From contig CAVOKF010000007.1 in NCBI GenBank assembly GCA_963696385.1, positions 544,001-608,000 on the forward strand: a stretch of DNA of 64,000 nucleotides, read 5' to 3'. Position 1 is the first letter of the stretch; each line of letters begins with the position of its first letter. A model generated the notes under the pieces. It worked only from the letters and a program-made list of their open reading frames with translations. It ran no database searches and was not told the DNA's origin. This stretch comes from an uncultured delta proteobacterium. Its GTDB lineage: Bacteria > Myxococcota_A > Polyangia > Polyangiales > Polyangiaceae. Position numbers and translations under genes: made by a program. Positions 47,229-59,511 of the stretch are shown here, piece by piece.

Positions 47229-48767
47229 ATGAGTACGAGTAGTCCAGGGCCGCCTCTGCTCGCGATGCGAGGGATCACCAAACGTTTCCCGGGGGTGACC
47301 GCGCTCGACGACGTGTCGATCTCGCTCGCCGCAGGCGAGGTTCTGGCACTGATGGGCGAGAACGGCGCCGGCAAGAGCACGCTGATGCGGATTCTCGGTG
47401 GGGTCTATCCGCCCGACCAGGGGGAGATCTCGATCGACGGCGATCCCGTCATCCTTTCGAGCGTTCGTGAAGCCAAACGACGCGGTATCGCGCTGATCCA
47501 TCAGGAGTCCATGCTCGCGCCGAATCTCGATCTTGCCGCGAACATTTTTCTCGGCAATGAGCGGTCGAGCGGTCCGTGTCTGCTCGCCCCCTTGCGACGC
47601 GCCGAAATGAACGCCCAAGCGGAGGCCCTGCTGCGCCGGGTCGGGCTCAACCTCGCTGCGACCACTCCGGCGTCGTCGCTGACTGCCGGGCGAAGGCAGA
47701 TGATCGAGATCGCGAAGGCGCTGTCGAATCGCGCGCGCATCCTCATCATGGACGAGCCGACCTCGTCGCTCACGGCCGGCGAATCGGAACAGCTGTTCGC
47801 GATCGTCGGTCAACTCCGGACCGAAGGCATCGCCGTGATCTACATCTCGCACCGAATGGCCGAGGTGCTCGACATCGCGGACCGCATCACGGTGCTGCGC
47901 GACGGCCGGTGCGTGGGAGATCTGCAGCGCAACGAGGCGACTTACGACGCGATCGTGACGCGAATGGTCGGCCGGGAGCTCTCTCGGCAGTATTTCCCCG
48001 CAAAGAGCGGGCGCGTGTCCGGCGAGGCGGCGCTCGAGGTGAAGGATCTCCTCGTTCCGGGCGCCCCGCAGGGGGTGAGCTTCACGGCGTTGCGCGGCGA
48101 GATCCTGGGGTTCGCCGGATTGGTCGGGGCCGGTCGCACCGAGCTCGCAGAAGTTCTCTTCGGTGTGACGCGGGCGCTCTCCGGAACGATGACGCTCGAG
48201 GGTCGACCGTTTTCGCCTCTCAGCCCAGGCGACGCGATTGCGCGGGGCGTGTACCTCGCGCCCGAGGATCGGAAGCGCCACGGGCTGGTGCTGCCCATGT
48301 CGGTGGCGCAAAACACCTCGCTGCCCGACGTCGCACGGTACACCCGGTGGGGCCTCATCGACCGGGCGAAAGAGAGGAGAGTCGCCGAAGCGGCCGTCGG
48401 GCGGCTCCAGATCAAGACGCCCAGCATCCATCACAAGGTGATCACCCTGTCGGGCGGCAATCAACAGAAAGTCGTGCTCGGCAAGTGGCTGGCCATGAGC
48501 CCCCGAGTCCTCATCCTGGACGAGCCCACGCGGGGGATCGACGTCGGCGCGAAGGCCGAAATCTACCGCCACATCGCCGCACTCGCCCACGAGGGGATGA
48601 CCATCCTGATGGTGAGTTCCGACATGGAAGAAATTCTTGGGATGAGCGATCGGGTCGTCGTCATGCACGAGCGCCGGATTCGCGGTGTCCTCACGCGGGA
48701 CGGCCTTACGGCCGAGCGGATCGCGGCGATCATGACCGGTGGGACCGACGGGGACCGAGCCGCATGA
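47229..48767 (+). CDS. Sugar ABC transporter ATP-binding protein (RbsA/MglA-like)
   Basis: GENGAGKST, MDEPTSSL, LSGGNQQK and LDEPTRGIDVGAK. Confidence 0.95.
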   Translation: MSTSSPGPPLLAMRGITKRFPGVTALDDVSISLAAGEVLALMGENGAGKSTLMRILGGVYPPDQGEISIDGDPVILSSVREAKRRGIALIHQESMLAPNLDLAANIFLGNERSSGPCLLAPLRRAEMNAQAEALLRRVGLNLAATTPASSLTAGRRQMIEIAKALSNRARILIMDEPTSSLTAGESEQLFAIVGQLRTEGIAVIYISHRMAEVLDIADRITVLRDGRCVGDLQRNEATYDAIVTRMVGRELSRQYFPAKSGRVSGEAALEVKDLLVPGAPQGVSFTALRGEILGFAGLVGAGRTELAEVLFGVTRALSGTMTLEGRPFSPLSPGDAIARGVYLAPEDRKRHGLVLPMSVAQNTSLPDVARYTRWGLIDRAKERRVAEAAVGRLQIKTPSIHHKVITLSGGNQQKVVLGKWLAMSPRVLILDEPTRGIDVGAKAEIYRHIAALAHEGMTILMVSSDMEEILGMSDRVVVMHERRIRGVLTRDGLTAERIAAIMTGGTDGDRAA

Positions 48768-49840
48768 GACGGGAATGGGGCATGTCCGTCGCGCTCTTGG
48801 TGATGTGCGCAGGGCTGTGGATCTCCAATCCGGATTTTGTCGGACCATCGAACGCGATCAATACGGCGCGACAGATCTCGATGCTCGGCATCTACGCCAT
48901 CGGCATCGGTTTCGTCATCGTCGCGGGCGGTATCGACTTGTCGATCGGCTCGGTGATCGGCCTGACGGGCGTGTTGATCGCTAAGATTTCGTCGACCCAG
49001 ACCGGCGGAATGGGTCAGCCCCTCTGGGCCGGCATCGCCGTCGGGCTCTTCGTGGCGGTGCTCATCGGTCTCGGGCAAGGGATTCTCATCACACGGCTGA
49101 AGCTCCAGCCATTCATCGTGACGTTGGGAGGAATGCTCCTCGTTCGTGGCGTATCCCAGACCGTGGTCCAAGGCGGGACGGTCAGCCTGGCCGGTTCGCC
49201 CCTTTTGGGTCTCGCCGACGGCGGGCTCTTCTCGTTCGACGGCAACCCGCTCGTCCCCTACCCCCTCGTCCTCTTTCTCGTAGTGATTGGAATCGCCACG
49301 TACCTCTTGCATTTTTCGGTATTTGGCCGCTACGTGTACGCGATTGGCGGCAATCGCGAAGCGGCCGAATACTCCGGCATCCGCGTGCGAACCGTGGAAA
49401 CGCTGACGTACGTGATCTCGTCCGGATTGGGGGGTGTCGCCGGCGTTTGCTATGCCGCTTACATCGGGCAGATGTCCCAACAAGTCGGCATCTCGTACGA
49501 GCTCTACGCCATCGCGGCCGCCGTCCTGGGCGGTTGTTCGTTGCGTGGCGGCGAAGGAACCGTGCTCGGCATCGTCATCGGCTCCGCGATCATGCGCGTC
49601 ATCGACAATGGCATCAACATGTTCCAGGTACGGTATCGGGACCCGAGCGGAACCCCCCGCATCTGGCGCCTCGATTCGAACTGGACGTTCGTCATTATCG
49701 GCTCGGTCATCTTGGTTGCCGTGATCTTGGATCAGGTCGTCCACATCGTGCAGGCCGCCAGCCGGACGCGACAGGCCGGTTCCGCGGCGACGTCGGGGGT
49801 GCCGCCGGGCGATGGCACCGACGTCGCACCTCCCTGCTAA
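48764..49840 (+). CDS. Sugar ABC transporter permease (RbsC-like)
   Basis: ATGA overlap. GGIDLSIGS, PFIVTLG, FGRYVYAIGGN.EAA..SGI and YEL.AIAAAVLGG.SL.GG.G. Confidence 0.93.
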   Translation: MRREWGMSVALLVMCAGLWISNPDFVGPSNAINTARQISMLGIYAIGIGFVIVAGGIDLSIGSVIGLTGVLIAKISSTQTGGMGQPLWAGIAVGLFVAVLIGLGQGILITRLKLQPFIVTLGGMLLVRGVSQTVVQGGTVSLAGSPLLGLADGGLFSFDGNPLVPYPLVLFLVVIGIATYLLHFSVFGRYVYAIGGNREAAEYSGIRVRTVETLTYVISSGLGGVAGVCYAAYIGQMSQQVGISYELYAIAAAVLGGCSLRGGEGTVLGIVIGSAIMRVIDNGINMFQVRYRDPSGTPRIWRLDSNWTFVIIGSVILVAVILDQVVHIVQAASRTRQAGSAATSGVPPGDGTDVAPPC

Positions 49841-49900
49841 AGGCGGGCGTCGAATTGCGCCGTCACCCGAAGCCGCGCGGGGTCGGGCGGCCCCTTGTGG

Positions 49901-50922
49901 CTATCGAGTCGCGCGAAGACGGCTCGCGGCCATCTCCGGCGTAAGATCCCGCTGAGGTTCGGCGAGCATTTCGTAGCCGACCATGTACTTTTTGACCGTC
50001 GCCGAGCGAAGCAACGGCGGAAACACGTGCGCGTGCAGTTGCCAGTGGTCGCATGACCCGGGCGCAAATGGAGCGCCGTGCCAGCCCATCGAATACGGAA
50101 ACGGAACCCCGAAGAGGCGGTCGTATTTTCCCAGAAGATCCCGCAGCAGCGCCGCCAGGCGCGACCGCTCGATCGGTCGGACTTCCGGCAGGCGGGCGAT
50201 CGGCCGCCTCGGAACGATGAGCGTCTCGTAGGGCCAGACGGCCCAATAGGGGACGACGGCCAGCCAATCGACATTGGCGTACACTGTACGCCGATCGATC
50301 TCGATCTCTCGGGCGGCGTAGTCGACGAGCAGCGGCGCGTGCCGCCGTTCGAAGTAAGCGCGCTGGCGAGCGTCCTCTTTGGCGGCCTCGTTCGGCAGGC
50401 TGGTCGACGCCCAGATTTGACCGTGCGGGTGCGGATTGGAGCAGCCCATCGCCGAGCCCTTGTTCTCGAAGATCTGGACCCAGCGGTAGCGCTCGCCGAG
50501 CGCCTCGGTCTCGTTCGCCCAAGCATCGATGACATGCCCAAGGGCCCGTTCGTCCATGTCGGCCAACGCGAGGTCGTGCCGCGGCGAAAAGCACACCACC
50601 CGGCAGACTCCGCACACGCCGTCGGCGACGAAGATCGGGTCATCGTCGGTAGGCCGATCGGGCGCCCGAGCCAACAGCGCGCTGAAGTCGTTGTCGAACA
50701 CGAAGGTCCGCTCGTAAGCGGGGTTGATGCTCCCGCTGGCGCGGCGATTGCCCGGGCAGAGGGTACAACCGGGGTCGTACGAGACGCGAGCCTCGGGCGG
50801 CCGAGCGTCGACCTGACCGAGCCAGGGCCTTTCGGCACGGTGTGGACAGACCAGCACCCACTCGCCCGTCAGCGCGTTCAGCCGTCGATGAGGGTACTGG
50901 TCGAAATCGGGTCGAGCGAGGA

Positions 50923-50926
<4 letters not shown>
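49901..50926 (-). CDS. galT: Galactose-1-phosphate uridylyltransferase
   Basis: HRRLN.LTGEW.LV.PHR..RPW.GQ, FENKG..MGCSNPHPHGQIW and PPLLRSATVKK.MVGYE. Confidence 0.96.
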
Positions 50927-52128
<1,202 letters not shown>

Positions 52129-52263
52129 GGTCGGGCGAGCGTACCCCATCGCGCGCCCGGATGCGGCGTAGCCCGGTTGCGCCGCTCGGCCGCCGGTCGT
52201 CGCGACGCCGCCGGGTCGCTCTGGCGCACCGTAGCGAACGCGGTATGTCACCGACGAAGGCCC

Positions 52264-53940
52264 ATGGACGCCGCGCGCGCATGGGGCGATCAGGGCGACG
52301 GAACCTTCCGGAACCCGATCTTGCCCGCCGACTACAGCGACCCCGACGCGATCCGGGTCGGCAGGGACTACTATCTCATCTCGTCGACCTTTCATCTGGC
52401 CCCGGGCATGGTCGTGCTTCACTCGCTCGACCTCGTGAACTGGTCGACGATTGGCTACGCGGTTCCCGATCTTCGGGCCATCGGCCCCGAGCTCAACTGG
52501 GACCGCATGAACCGTTACAACTACGGCATTTATGCCGGATCGATCCGGCACCATGCCGGCAAGTTCTGGGTGTACTTCACGGCATATTGGGGCGAAGGCT
52601 TCTTCGTCAGCACGGCGCACGACCCCGCTGGCCCGTGGGAGGTTTCGCAGCTTCTCGACGGCAAGGGTCGGCCCTTGCGGGTCATGAAGTGGGACGACCC
52701 GTGCCCCTTCTGGGATGACGACGGCCGGGCCTATCTGGCCGCAAGCAAGGTCGGAGGTGCCTGGTACCCCCACCTCTTTCAAATGAGCCCGGACGGTACT
52801 CGCCTCCTCGACGCCGACGTCGACGCGATGAACCGCGAGGGCCCGCAGTCGACTGGCGAAGGGACGGTCATCTATCGCAACGATACGAGCGAAGCGAGCA
52901 AGATTTACAAGATCGGGGACTACTACTATCTCTTTCACAACGAAGTCGTCGACGGTACCCGCGTCGGCATGATGAAGCGCGCGCGCCACCTCTTCGGAAC
53001 GCACGCCGACGGGTCGCGCGGCGAGCCTGGCAATCCAGGAGCCTACGAAGTCAGGCAGATCCTCCGCGGCCGCGGGGGTCCCGACGACCGAGAGCCGAAC
53101 CAGGGGGCCTTGGTGCAGGCCGAAAGCGGCCTCTGGTACTTTCTGACCCACGAAGGCAAGGGCGGGTATCCCGACGGCCGGCCGCTGTCGCTGCTTCCCG
53201 TCACCTGGATCGACGATTGGCCCATCCCTGGTATCGGACCGGATCGCGACGGGATCGGGGGTCTCGTGCCCGGAGCCGCCATGCCAGCAACCGGACACCC
53301 GAGGAAGATGCCGCAAGGGAGCGACGATTTCGACGGGCCCATTCTTTCCGCCCAGTGGCAATGGAACTACCAGCCCCGCGACGGATTCTGGTCCTTGACC
53401 GAGCGACCCGGTCACCTCCGGCTGCGGGCCTGTCGCCCGCTCGATCCGGGCGACTTCTTCAAAGCCGCCAATACCGTGTCGCAGAGGACGTTCGGCGCCG
53501 AGTGGGTGGTCCTCACGACGCGCATGGACCTCGGAGGGATGAGCCGCGGCCAATGCGCGGGGATCGTGCACTTCAACGGCGGACTCGACCATGCCCGCCT
53601 CAGCGTGGTGTGTCACGGCGACACACGTGCGGTCGTCTACCAAGACGGGCAGACTGTCGAGAGCGGTATCCACCTCGAGCGCTCGCAACAGACGATCTGG
53701 CTGCGCTCTCGGGTCGAGCGCGACGCCAAGACCACGTTCGAGTTCAGCCTCGATGGAGACCGTTTCACCGCCCTCGGCCCGGCTTACCTTCTGAGGTGGG
53801 GCAATTACCGCGGCGACTCGGTCGGCCTTTACACCTACAACGACCTCGAGGATCGCGGATACGTCGATATCGACTGGTTTCGCTACTCGGTCGCGAGCGG
53901 GCGGGCGAAGGACGGTAGTCGGCGTTCTCCTTGTGGGTAG
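52264..53940 (+). CDS. GH43 glycoside hydrolase with a C-terminal beta-sandwich (xylosidase/arabinofuranosidase-like)
   Basis: NPIL.ADYSDPD.IRVG.DYY..SS.F, HS.DLVNW, AGPW, DDPCPFWDDDG, SDDF and SL.ERPG.LRL. Confidence 0.92.
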   Translation: MDAARAWGDQGDGTFRNPILPADYSDPDAIRVGRDYYLISSTFHLAPGMVVLHSLDLVNWSTIGYAVPDLRAIGPELNWDRMNRYNYGIYAGSIRHHAGKFWVYFTAYWGEGFFVSTAHDPAGPWEVSQLLDGKGRPLRVMKWDDPCPFWDDDGRAYLAASKVGGAWYPHLFQMSPDGTRLLDADVDAMNREGPQSTGEGTVIYRNDTSEASKIYKIGDYYYLFHNEVVDGTRVGMMKRARHLFGTHADGSRGEPGNPGAYEVRQILRGRGGPDDREPNQGALVQAESGLWYFLTHEGKGGYPDGRPLSLLPVTWIDDWPIPGIGPDRDGIGGLVPGAAMPATGHPRKMPQGSDDFDGPILSAQWQWNYQPRDGFWSLTERPGHLRLRACRPLDPGDFFKAANTVSQRTFGAEWVVLTTRMDLGGMSRGQCAGIVHFNGGLDHARLSVVCHGDTRAVVYQDGQTVESGIHLERSQQTIWLRSRVERDAKTTFEFSLDGDRFTALGPAYLLRWGNYRGDSVGLYTYNDLEDRGYVDIDWFRYSVASGRAKDGSRRSPCG

Positions 53941-54424
53941 GTGACGGGGTGATGGACACCCGTTGCGATGGCGGACAGCCAGCTCTTCCGACGCAGCCCT
54001 ACGGCGACCCACCCCGTCCGAGGGGGGTCTTGGCGATCGGCGCAGGGAGTGGCTAAGGTTTCCGTATGGGCCACCTTGCACGAAGCGCCGCGTGGTTTCC
54101 GGCGCCTCCTGGTTCCGCATTCTGTCGGTGGTGCGGCCACGTCGTGACCGCCCCCGGAGCCACCCTTCCGCGGCTCGCGCTTACCCCGCTGCCGTGGGCT
54201 CGCCAGCGCTGCGCGGATTCGGAGTGCGAGTCCGATGCCCTGCTCGAACCGGATGGATCGGTCGTCCCCGCGAGTGGAACGTTTCCGACGCGCAAAGCGT
54301 GAACCTGGACCCCCATCGCAGCGAGACCCTCGATGCGATAGGGCGGCAACGGGCGCTCGACGCACGCCCCGCCAACGACGGTTGACTTTCGACCCCGGGC
54401 GCGACCTCGACGCGGGCGAAAGCG

Positions 54425-54472
54425 CGTTAGGTTGGAACGTGGCGATCGATCCGCGCGGATTCGTTAGGTTGG
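54425..54472 (+). promoter_or_regulatory. Direct repeat CGTTAGGTTGG x2 flanking palindrome ATCCGCGCGGAT
   Basis: Repeats at 54425-54435 and 54462-54472, palindrome at 54449-54460, immediately before the ATG at 54477. Confidence 0.4.
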
Positions 54473-54476
54473 CATC

Positions 54477-55415
54477 ATGAAAATCAAGCCCGACGGCAGC
54501 GGATTTCTGTGGATCGGGGCGGGAGCCGCGGTGCTGTTGCTCTTCATGCTCGCGATGTTGCATTTTCATGAAGACCGAAATGCCGCCGCGCAAATGGCGG
54601 CCAAAACTCGCCGCGTGGATCTGGTGGCGCGGATGCAATTGGACCTGGCCTCGGCCTCGGAGGCGGAGAAGAGCGCGGTCCTTGCCACTACCGACGCCGA
54701 CTCTCAGACCTTGGCCGACCAAGCCCGCGCCGCCTCAGCCAAGGTGGCGCAGGAACGCCACGAGTTGGAAGAGATCCTGGCGGAGGGAGGGACTCCGGCG
54801 GAGAAGGAGTCTCTGGCTCAATTCACCGCGACGTTCGCGGAGTTCCAGCGCGTGGATCGCGAGCTTCTGGCGTTGGCGGTCAAGAACACCAACATCAAGG
54901 CGTACAGCCTGGCCTTCGGCCCCGCCGCCAGGTCGATCCAGGAAATGAGCGCCGCGCTCGATCGCCTCTTGGCGACGAATGCCGACTTACCCGAGGCGAA
55001 GACGATCCTGCGTCTCGCATACAGCGCACAAATCAGCGCGCTCCGCATCCAGACACTGTTGCCGCCGCACATCGCGGAGGAAAGCGACTCCAAAATGGAC
55101 GCGCTGGAAGCGTCGATGACTACGGAAGACGCGCAGGTTCGCAAAGACTTGAACGGCCTCGCCGCTTTCGGGGCTCTCAGCAAAGACCCCGAACTTGCGA
55201 CGGCCACGGCGCGCTACGCCGAGTTCAGCCGCATCAAGACCCAAATCCTGGGCTTGTCGCGCGAGAACACCAACGTCCGATCGCTGTCCATTTCGCTGCA
55301 TCAGAAGCGCAACGTGATGCTCCTCTGTCAGGCCACGCTCGACGCTCTGCAGCAGGCGATCCTGGCGGAACCAACGACCGGCACCTCCTACGGAACGCCT
55401 GCCAGACCGCGCTGA
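54477..55415 (+). CDS. Membrane-anchored double four-helix-bundle (MCP-sensor-like) protein without an output domain
   Basis: One N-terminal TM helix, an all-helical body, and internal duplication (LAVKNTNIKA / LSRENTNVRS). Confidence 0.75.
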   Translation: MKIKPDGSGFLWIGAGAAVLLLFMLAMLHFHEDRNAAAQMAAKTRRVDLVARMQLDLASASEAEKSAVLATTDADSQTLADQARAASAKVAQERHELEEILAEGGTPAEKESLAQFTATFAEFQRVDRELLALAVKNTNIKAYSLAFGPAARSIQEMSAALDRLLATNADLPEAKTILRLAYSAQISALRIQTLLPPHIAEESDSKMDALEASMTTEDAQVRKDLNGLAAFGALSKDPELATATARYAEFSRIKTQILGLSRENTNVRSLSISLHQKRNVMLLCQATLDALQQAILAEPTTGTSYGTPARPR

Positions 55416-55502
55416 ACCGTCGAGAGCTGGACGCGACAGGTGTCGGTCGGGCAGAGCCTGCCCCTGGTGCGATCGCCCGTGCAACGCTCGGTCTACACCG
55501 GT

Positions 55503-56495
55503 CTACGCCGGGTCGAAGACGCGGACGCGACGGGGAGAGGCGAAGACGGTGTCGCCGCATTGCAGGCAAAGCTCTTCGAAGCGCCGCTCGTCGAGATCAG
55601 CGACCAGACCGCGCCCGAGAGCGTCCACGTCGAATTCCACGCGCACGACAGCGCCGGCCGTGTGCATCCGACGCACGCGTGCCTCGTACGAAATGGCGGC
55701 CGGGATCGAGCGCGACAGGTCGATTTCATGCGGCCGCACGAAGCCGACCCCTGCGCGGGCCTGCCCGTTGGGCGCCGGCAGCTCGTTGACGTCGCCCAAG
55801 AACCTCATGACCCATGCGCTCGCTGGATCGTGGAACACGTCGGCGGGCGCCCCCACTTGCTCGAGCCGCCCATGGTTCATGATCGCGACCCGATCGGCGA
55901 TCTCGAAAGCATCCTCTCGATCGTGGGTGACGAGGACCGTCGTCACGTGGGTTTCGTCGTGGAGATTTCGCAGCCAGGCTCGAAGCTCCTGACGAACGCG
56001 AGCATCGAGCGCTCCGAATGGCTCATCGAGAAGCAGGACCCGAGGCTCCGCCGCGAGGGCTCGGGCGAGGGCAACGCGCTGCCTCTGCCCCCCCGACAGC
56101 TGAGACGGCAGCCGTTCGGCCAAACCAGACAGGCGCACTCGTTCGAGCAGTTCCTCGACACGAGCCCGAATCTTGGCGGCGGGGGTCCGACGCACGCGCA
56201 GCGAGAACGCCACGTTCTCGAAAACGGTCATGTGCTCGAAGAGCGCGTAGTGCTGGAAGACGAGCCCCACTTGCCGGGCCCTAGGTCCGGTGCGCGTGAC
56301 GTCTGCGCCTTCGAACAGCACCCTGCCCGCGTCGGGCGTCTCGAGACCGGCAAGGATGCGCAAGAGCGTCGTTTTGCCGCATCCCGAGGGGCCAAGCAAT
56401 GCGACCAGGTCGCCGCGCGGCACGCGCAACGACACGCCGCTCAGTGCGGCATGCGCCCCGAAGCTCTTGTCCAACCCGATCAGTTCGAAGGTCAC
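55503..56495 (-). CDS. cysA: Sulfate ABC transporter ATP-binding protein
   Basis: [27 protein letters not shown] and [18 protein letters not shown]. Confidence 0.93.
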   Translation of the reverse strand: MTFELIGLDKSFGAHAALSGVSLRVPRGDLVALLGPSGCGKTTLLRILAGLETPDAGRVLFEGADVTRTGPRARQVGLVFQHYALFEHMTVFENVAFSLRVRRTPAAKIRARVEELLERVRLSGLAERLPSQLSGGQRQRVALARALAAEPRVLLLDEPFGALDARVRQELRAWLRNLHDETHVTTVLVTHDREDAFEIADRVAIMNHGRLEQVGAPADVFHDPASAWVMRFLGDVNELPAPNGQARAGVGFVRPHEIDLSRSIPAAISYEARVRRMHTAGAVVRVEFDVDALGRGLVADLDERRFEELCLQCGDTVFASPRRVRVFDPA

Positions 56496-57370
56496 GAGGG
56501 TACCTCACGCGCTTTCTGGAGAAGCGTCTTGGCCACGAGGGTGAAAACCGCCAAGAAGACCAAGAGCGACGCGACGGCAAACGAAGCCGAGAAGCGGTAA
56601 TCGTCGTAAAGCGTTTCGACGTGCAGCGGCAGAGTCTCGGTCTCGCCACGCACGTGGCCGGAGACGACGGACACCGCACCGAACTCGCCCATCGCACGCG
56701 CGTTGCACAAGACGACGCCGTAGAGCAACGCCCAGCGGATGCTCGGAAGCGTCACCCGAGAAAAGGTTTGCCATCCACTCGCCCCAAGGACGATCGCGGC
56801 CTCCTCCTTGTCGCGCCCGCCGGCCTCCATGGCCGTAATCACTTCGCGTGCAACGTACGAGAAGGTGACGAAGGCGGTGGCGAGGGCGATGCCGGGCCAT
56901 GCGAAGATGACCCGCACGCCGTGATGGAGAAGAAAGCGGCCCAAAGACGACCGAGGCCCGAGGCACAACACGAACACGAGTCCAGAAATGACGGGTGAGA
57001 CGGCCAGCGGAATCTCGATGAGCGCCGTGAGGAACGATTTGCCGGGGAAGTCGAATTTTCCAAGGGCCCAACCCGCGGCCAGACCGAACGCCACGTTCAT
57101 GGGCACCACGATCGCGGCCGTGAAAGCCGTGAGTCGCAGGGCGGCAAGTGCCTCGCGCTCGACCACGGCATGCACGTATGCGAGGACCCCTTGCTGGAAC
57201 GCATCCGCGAAGACCGCGAGCACAGGTACGACGACGACCACGGCGACGAAACCGAGCGCGACTGCGATCAACAGGCGGCGCGTGGCTCTGCCGGCCGGAC
57301 GCACCCCTGCACGGGTGCCCGTCTCGACGCTGCCGCGGGCCCACACGCCCGCGGTGTCAGGCGCTTGCAC
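56492..57370 (-). CDS. cysW: Sulfate ABC transporter permease
   Basis: [22 protein letters not shown] and [16 protein letters not shown]. Confidence 0.93.
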   Translation of the reverse strand: MQAPDTAGVWARGSVETGTRAGVRPAGRATRRLLIAVALGFVAVVVVVPVLAVFADAFQQGVLAYVHAVVEREALAALRLTAFTAAIVVPMNVAFGLAAGWALGKFDFPGKSFLTALIEIPLAVSPVISGLVFVLCLGPRSSLGRFLLHHGVRVIFAWPGIALATAFVTFSYVAREVITAMEAGGRDKEEAAIVLGASGWQTFSRVTLPSIRWALLYGVVLCNARAMGEFGAVSVVSGHVRGETETLPLHVETLYDDYRFSASFAVASLLVFLAVFTLVAKTLLQKAREVPS

Positions 57371-58187
57371 GGCGCCTTTCGGTGGTCGTTCGCCACGCGT
57401 GGATGACGACCAGCAGGACCAACGACACGGTCAGCATGACGACCCCTATGCTCGCTGCCCCGACGTAGTCGTATTGGTCGAGTTTGGTCATGATGAGAAG
57501 GGAGCTGATCTCGGTCTTATTGGGCATGTTGCCCGCGATGAAAATGACCGAGCCGTACTCCCCGATGGCGCGGGCGAACGCCGCCGCGAAGCCGGCACGC
57601 AAGGCGGGCAGAAGTGCCGGGAAGACGACATCGACGAAAATGCGAGCCGGACTCGCGCCGAGCGTCGCGGCCGCCTCCTCAACCGCCGGATCGAGCTCCT
57701 CGATGATCGGCTGAACGGTCCGCACGAGAAACGGCAGGCCCACGAACGTGAGTGCGATGACGACGCCCGGCCAGGCGAACGCCACGTGGACGCCGAGACG
57801 CGCGAGAGGTGCGCCGATCCAGCCGGCATCCGAGTAGACCGACGTCAGAGCAATGCCGGCGACCGCCGTCGGAAGGGCCAGGGGGAGGTCGACGACCGCA
57901 TCGACGGCACGCTTTCCGGGGAATGTGTAGCGGGCTAGGACCCACGCCAAGACGAAGCCGAGCACGGCATTGATCGCCGCGGCGGCGGCCGACGTCAGAA
58001 GCGTGAAGCGGAGCGACGCCATCGCGCGGGGCGAGGTGATCGCAGCCCAGAAGCCGTGCCATCCGCCGCTCGCAGACTCGGCGACCAAGAACCCTAGCGG
58101 CAACAGAACGAGAGCGCTCAGATAGAAAACTGAAAAACCCAGCGTGAGCCGAAATCCGGGCAGTGACGAGCGACGCCGAGAACCCAT
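57357..58187 (-). CDS. cysT: Sulfate ABC transporter permease
   Basis: ATG at 58187. LPGF.LTLG, DLP.ALPTAVAGIAL, PF.VRTVQP and FARAIGEYGSVIFIAGNMP. Confidence 0.93.
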   Translation of the reverse strand: MGSRRRSSLPGFRLTLGFSVFYLSALVLLPLGFLVAESASGGWHGFWAAITSPRAMASLRFTLLTSAAAAAINAVLGFVLAWVLARYTFPGKRAVDAVVDLPLALPTAVAGIALTSVYSDAGWIGAPLARLGVHVAFAWPGVVIALTFVGLPFLVRTVQPIIEELDPAVEEAAATLGASPARIFVDVVFPALLPALRAGFAAAFARAIGEYGSVIFIAGNMPNKTEISSLLIMTKLDQYDYVGAASIGVVMLTVSLVLLVVIHAWRTTTERRRASA

Positions 58188-58188
58188 G

Positions 58189-59251
58189 TCAACGGCCCGG
58201 CGAGTAGATTTCGATCGAACGCCGCACCGTCCGCGAAGTGAGCGGCCTGGGCGGCGTTCCAGCCACCGAATTCGTCCTGGATCGTGAAGAGCCTCAGCTT
58301 CGCGAAGTGGCTCTCGACCCCTGCGGGCGGCGTCGTCGGGCGATAGAATTCGCTGACGGCGATGGCCTGAGCTTCCGGGGTGAACAAGAATCGCGCGTAC
58401 GCCTCGGCAACGTCCCGTGTGCCGTGCTTGTCGACCACTTTGTCGACGACCGCGACCGGCGTCTGTGCCACGATGCTGACCGAGGGGACGACGATTTCGA
58501 ACTTCTCGCCGCCGGGCTGACTCTTGGCCAGAAGGGCTTCGGTCTCCCAGGCGATCAGAACATCTCCGAGCCCACGTTCCACGAACGTGGTCGTCGAGCC
58601 CCGGGCTCCGGAGTCGAGCACCGGCACATTCTTGTATAGCCGGCCGACGAAGTCGCGACCGCCGGCGTCGCCCCCGGTCTTGTTCTTCGCGTAGCCCCAC
58701 GCGGCCAAGTAATTCCAACGTCCTCCACTGGAGGTCTTGGGGTTCGGGGTGATGACGGCCACCCCCGGCTTGGCGAGATCGTCCCAATCCCGAATGCTCT
58801 TCGGGTTGCCCTGTCGAACCAAGAACACGACGGTCGAGGTGAACGGCGTCGATCCGTTGGGCAGACGGTCGTGCCAAGCCGGGTCGACCAGCCCGGCCTT
58901 CGCGATCGCGTCGATGTCGTACGCAAGGCCCAGCGTCACCACGTCGGCTTCGAGGCCGTCCATGACAGCCCGCGCCTGTTTCGCGGATCCGCCGTGCGAT
59001 TGCTTGACCGTCACGGACACGCCCGTCTTTGCCGCATAGCTCCGCGAAAAGGCGCCGTTGATCCGTTCGTAGAGCTCGCGGGTCGGATCGTACGAGACGT
59101 TGAGGATTTCGACCTGGCGAAGAGGCTTCGCGCCCGATCCGCCCCCCGCCGCCGCATCGGTTTGCGCCTTCCCGCAGGCCGCCTGCGAGACGGCAGCCAG
59201 CACCAGCATCGCCATCGCCGCGGCCGGCCAGCCCGTAAAGCCACTGCGCAT
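58189..59251 (-). CDS. sbp: Sulfate-binding periplasmic protein with an apparent frameshift near the C-terminus
   Basis: ILNVSYDPTRELY, QSHGGS.KQAR and TPNPKTS.G.RWN. As given it reads on to 58118. Removing one base at 58209-58211 gives the typical FDRIYSPGR* ending at 58189. Confidence 0.9.
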
Positions 59252-59447
59252 CCCGGTATGCCTCGGACCAGGTTGTGGCGCGTGCCGGGCTGTTCGTCAA
59301 GATGGAACGAAGTCCTCTATAGCGCAGGAGCGCTCGCGTCCCCACAGAACACGAAGCGACCGAGATTCGTTCGCGTGAGCCCCTGCGGACCGAGGGCGTG
59401 GCGGCATCTCCCTCTGAACCAACCGAGCCGGCGGCCCGACAACGGAC

Positions 59448-59475
59448 TTGCGCCCCCGGATAGGTCTCCTATAAT
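59448..59475 (+). promoter_or_regulatory. Sigma70-like promoter for cysK
   Basis: TTGCGC-N16-TATAAT, ending about 36 bp upstream of the ATG. Confidence 0.55.
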
Positions 59476-59511
59476 AGACTTTATGTCCGCTATGCAGGAA
59501 CATCCCGGCCC

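Noticed and set aside
57357..59345. 662-aa ORF suggesting an extended CysT
   Set aside because: The upstream part is an alternative frame over sbp. CysT starts at 58187.
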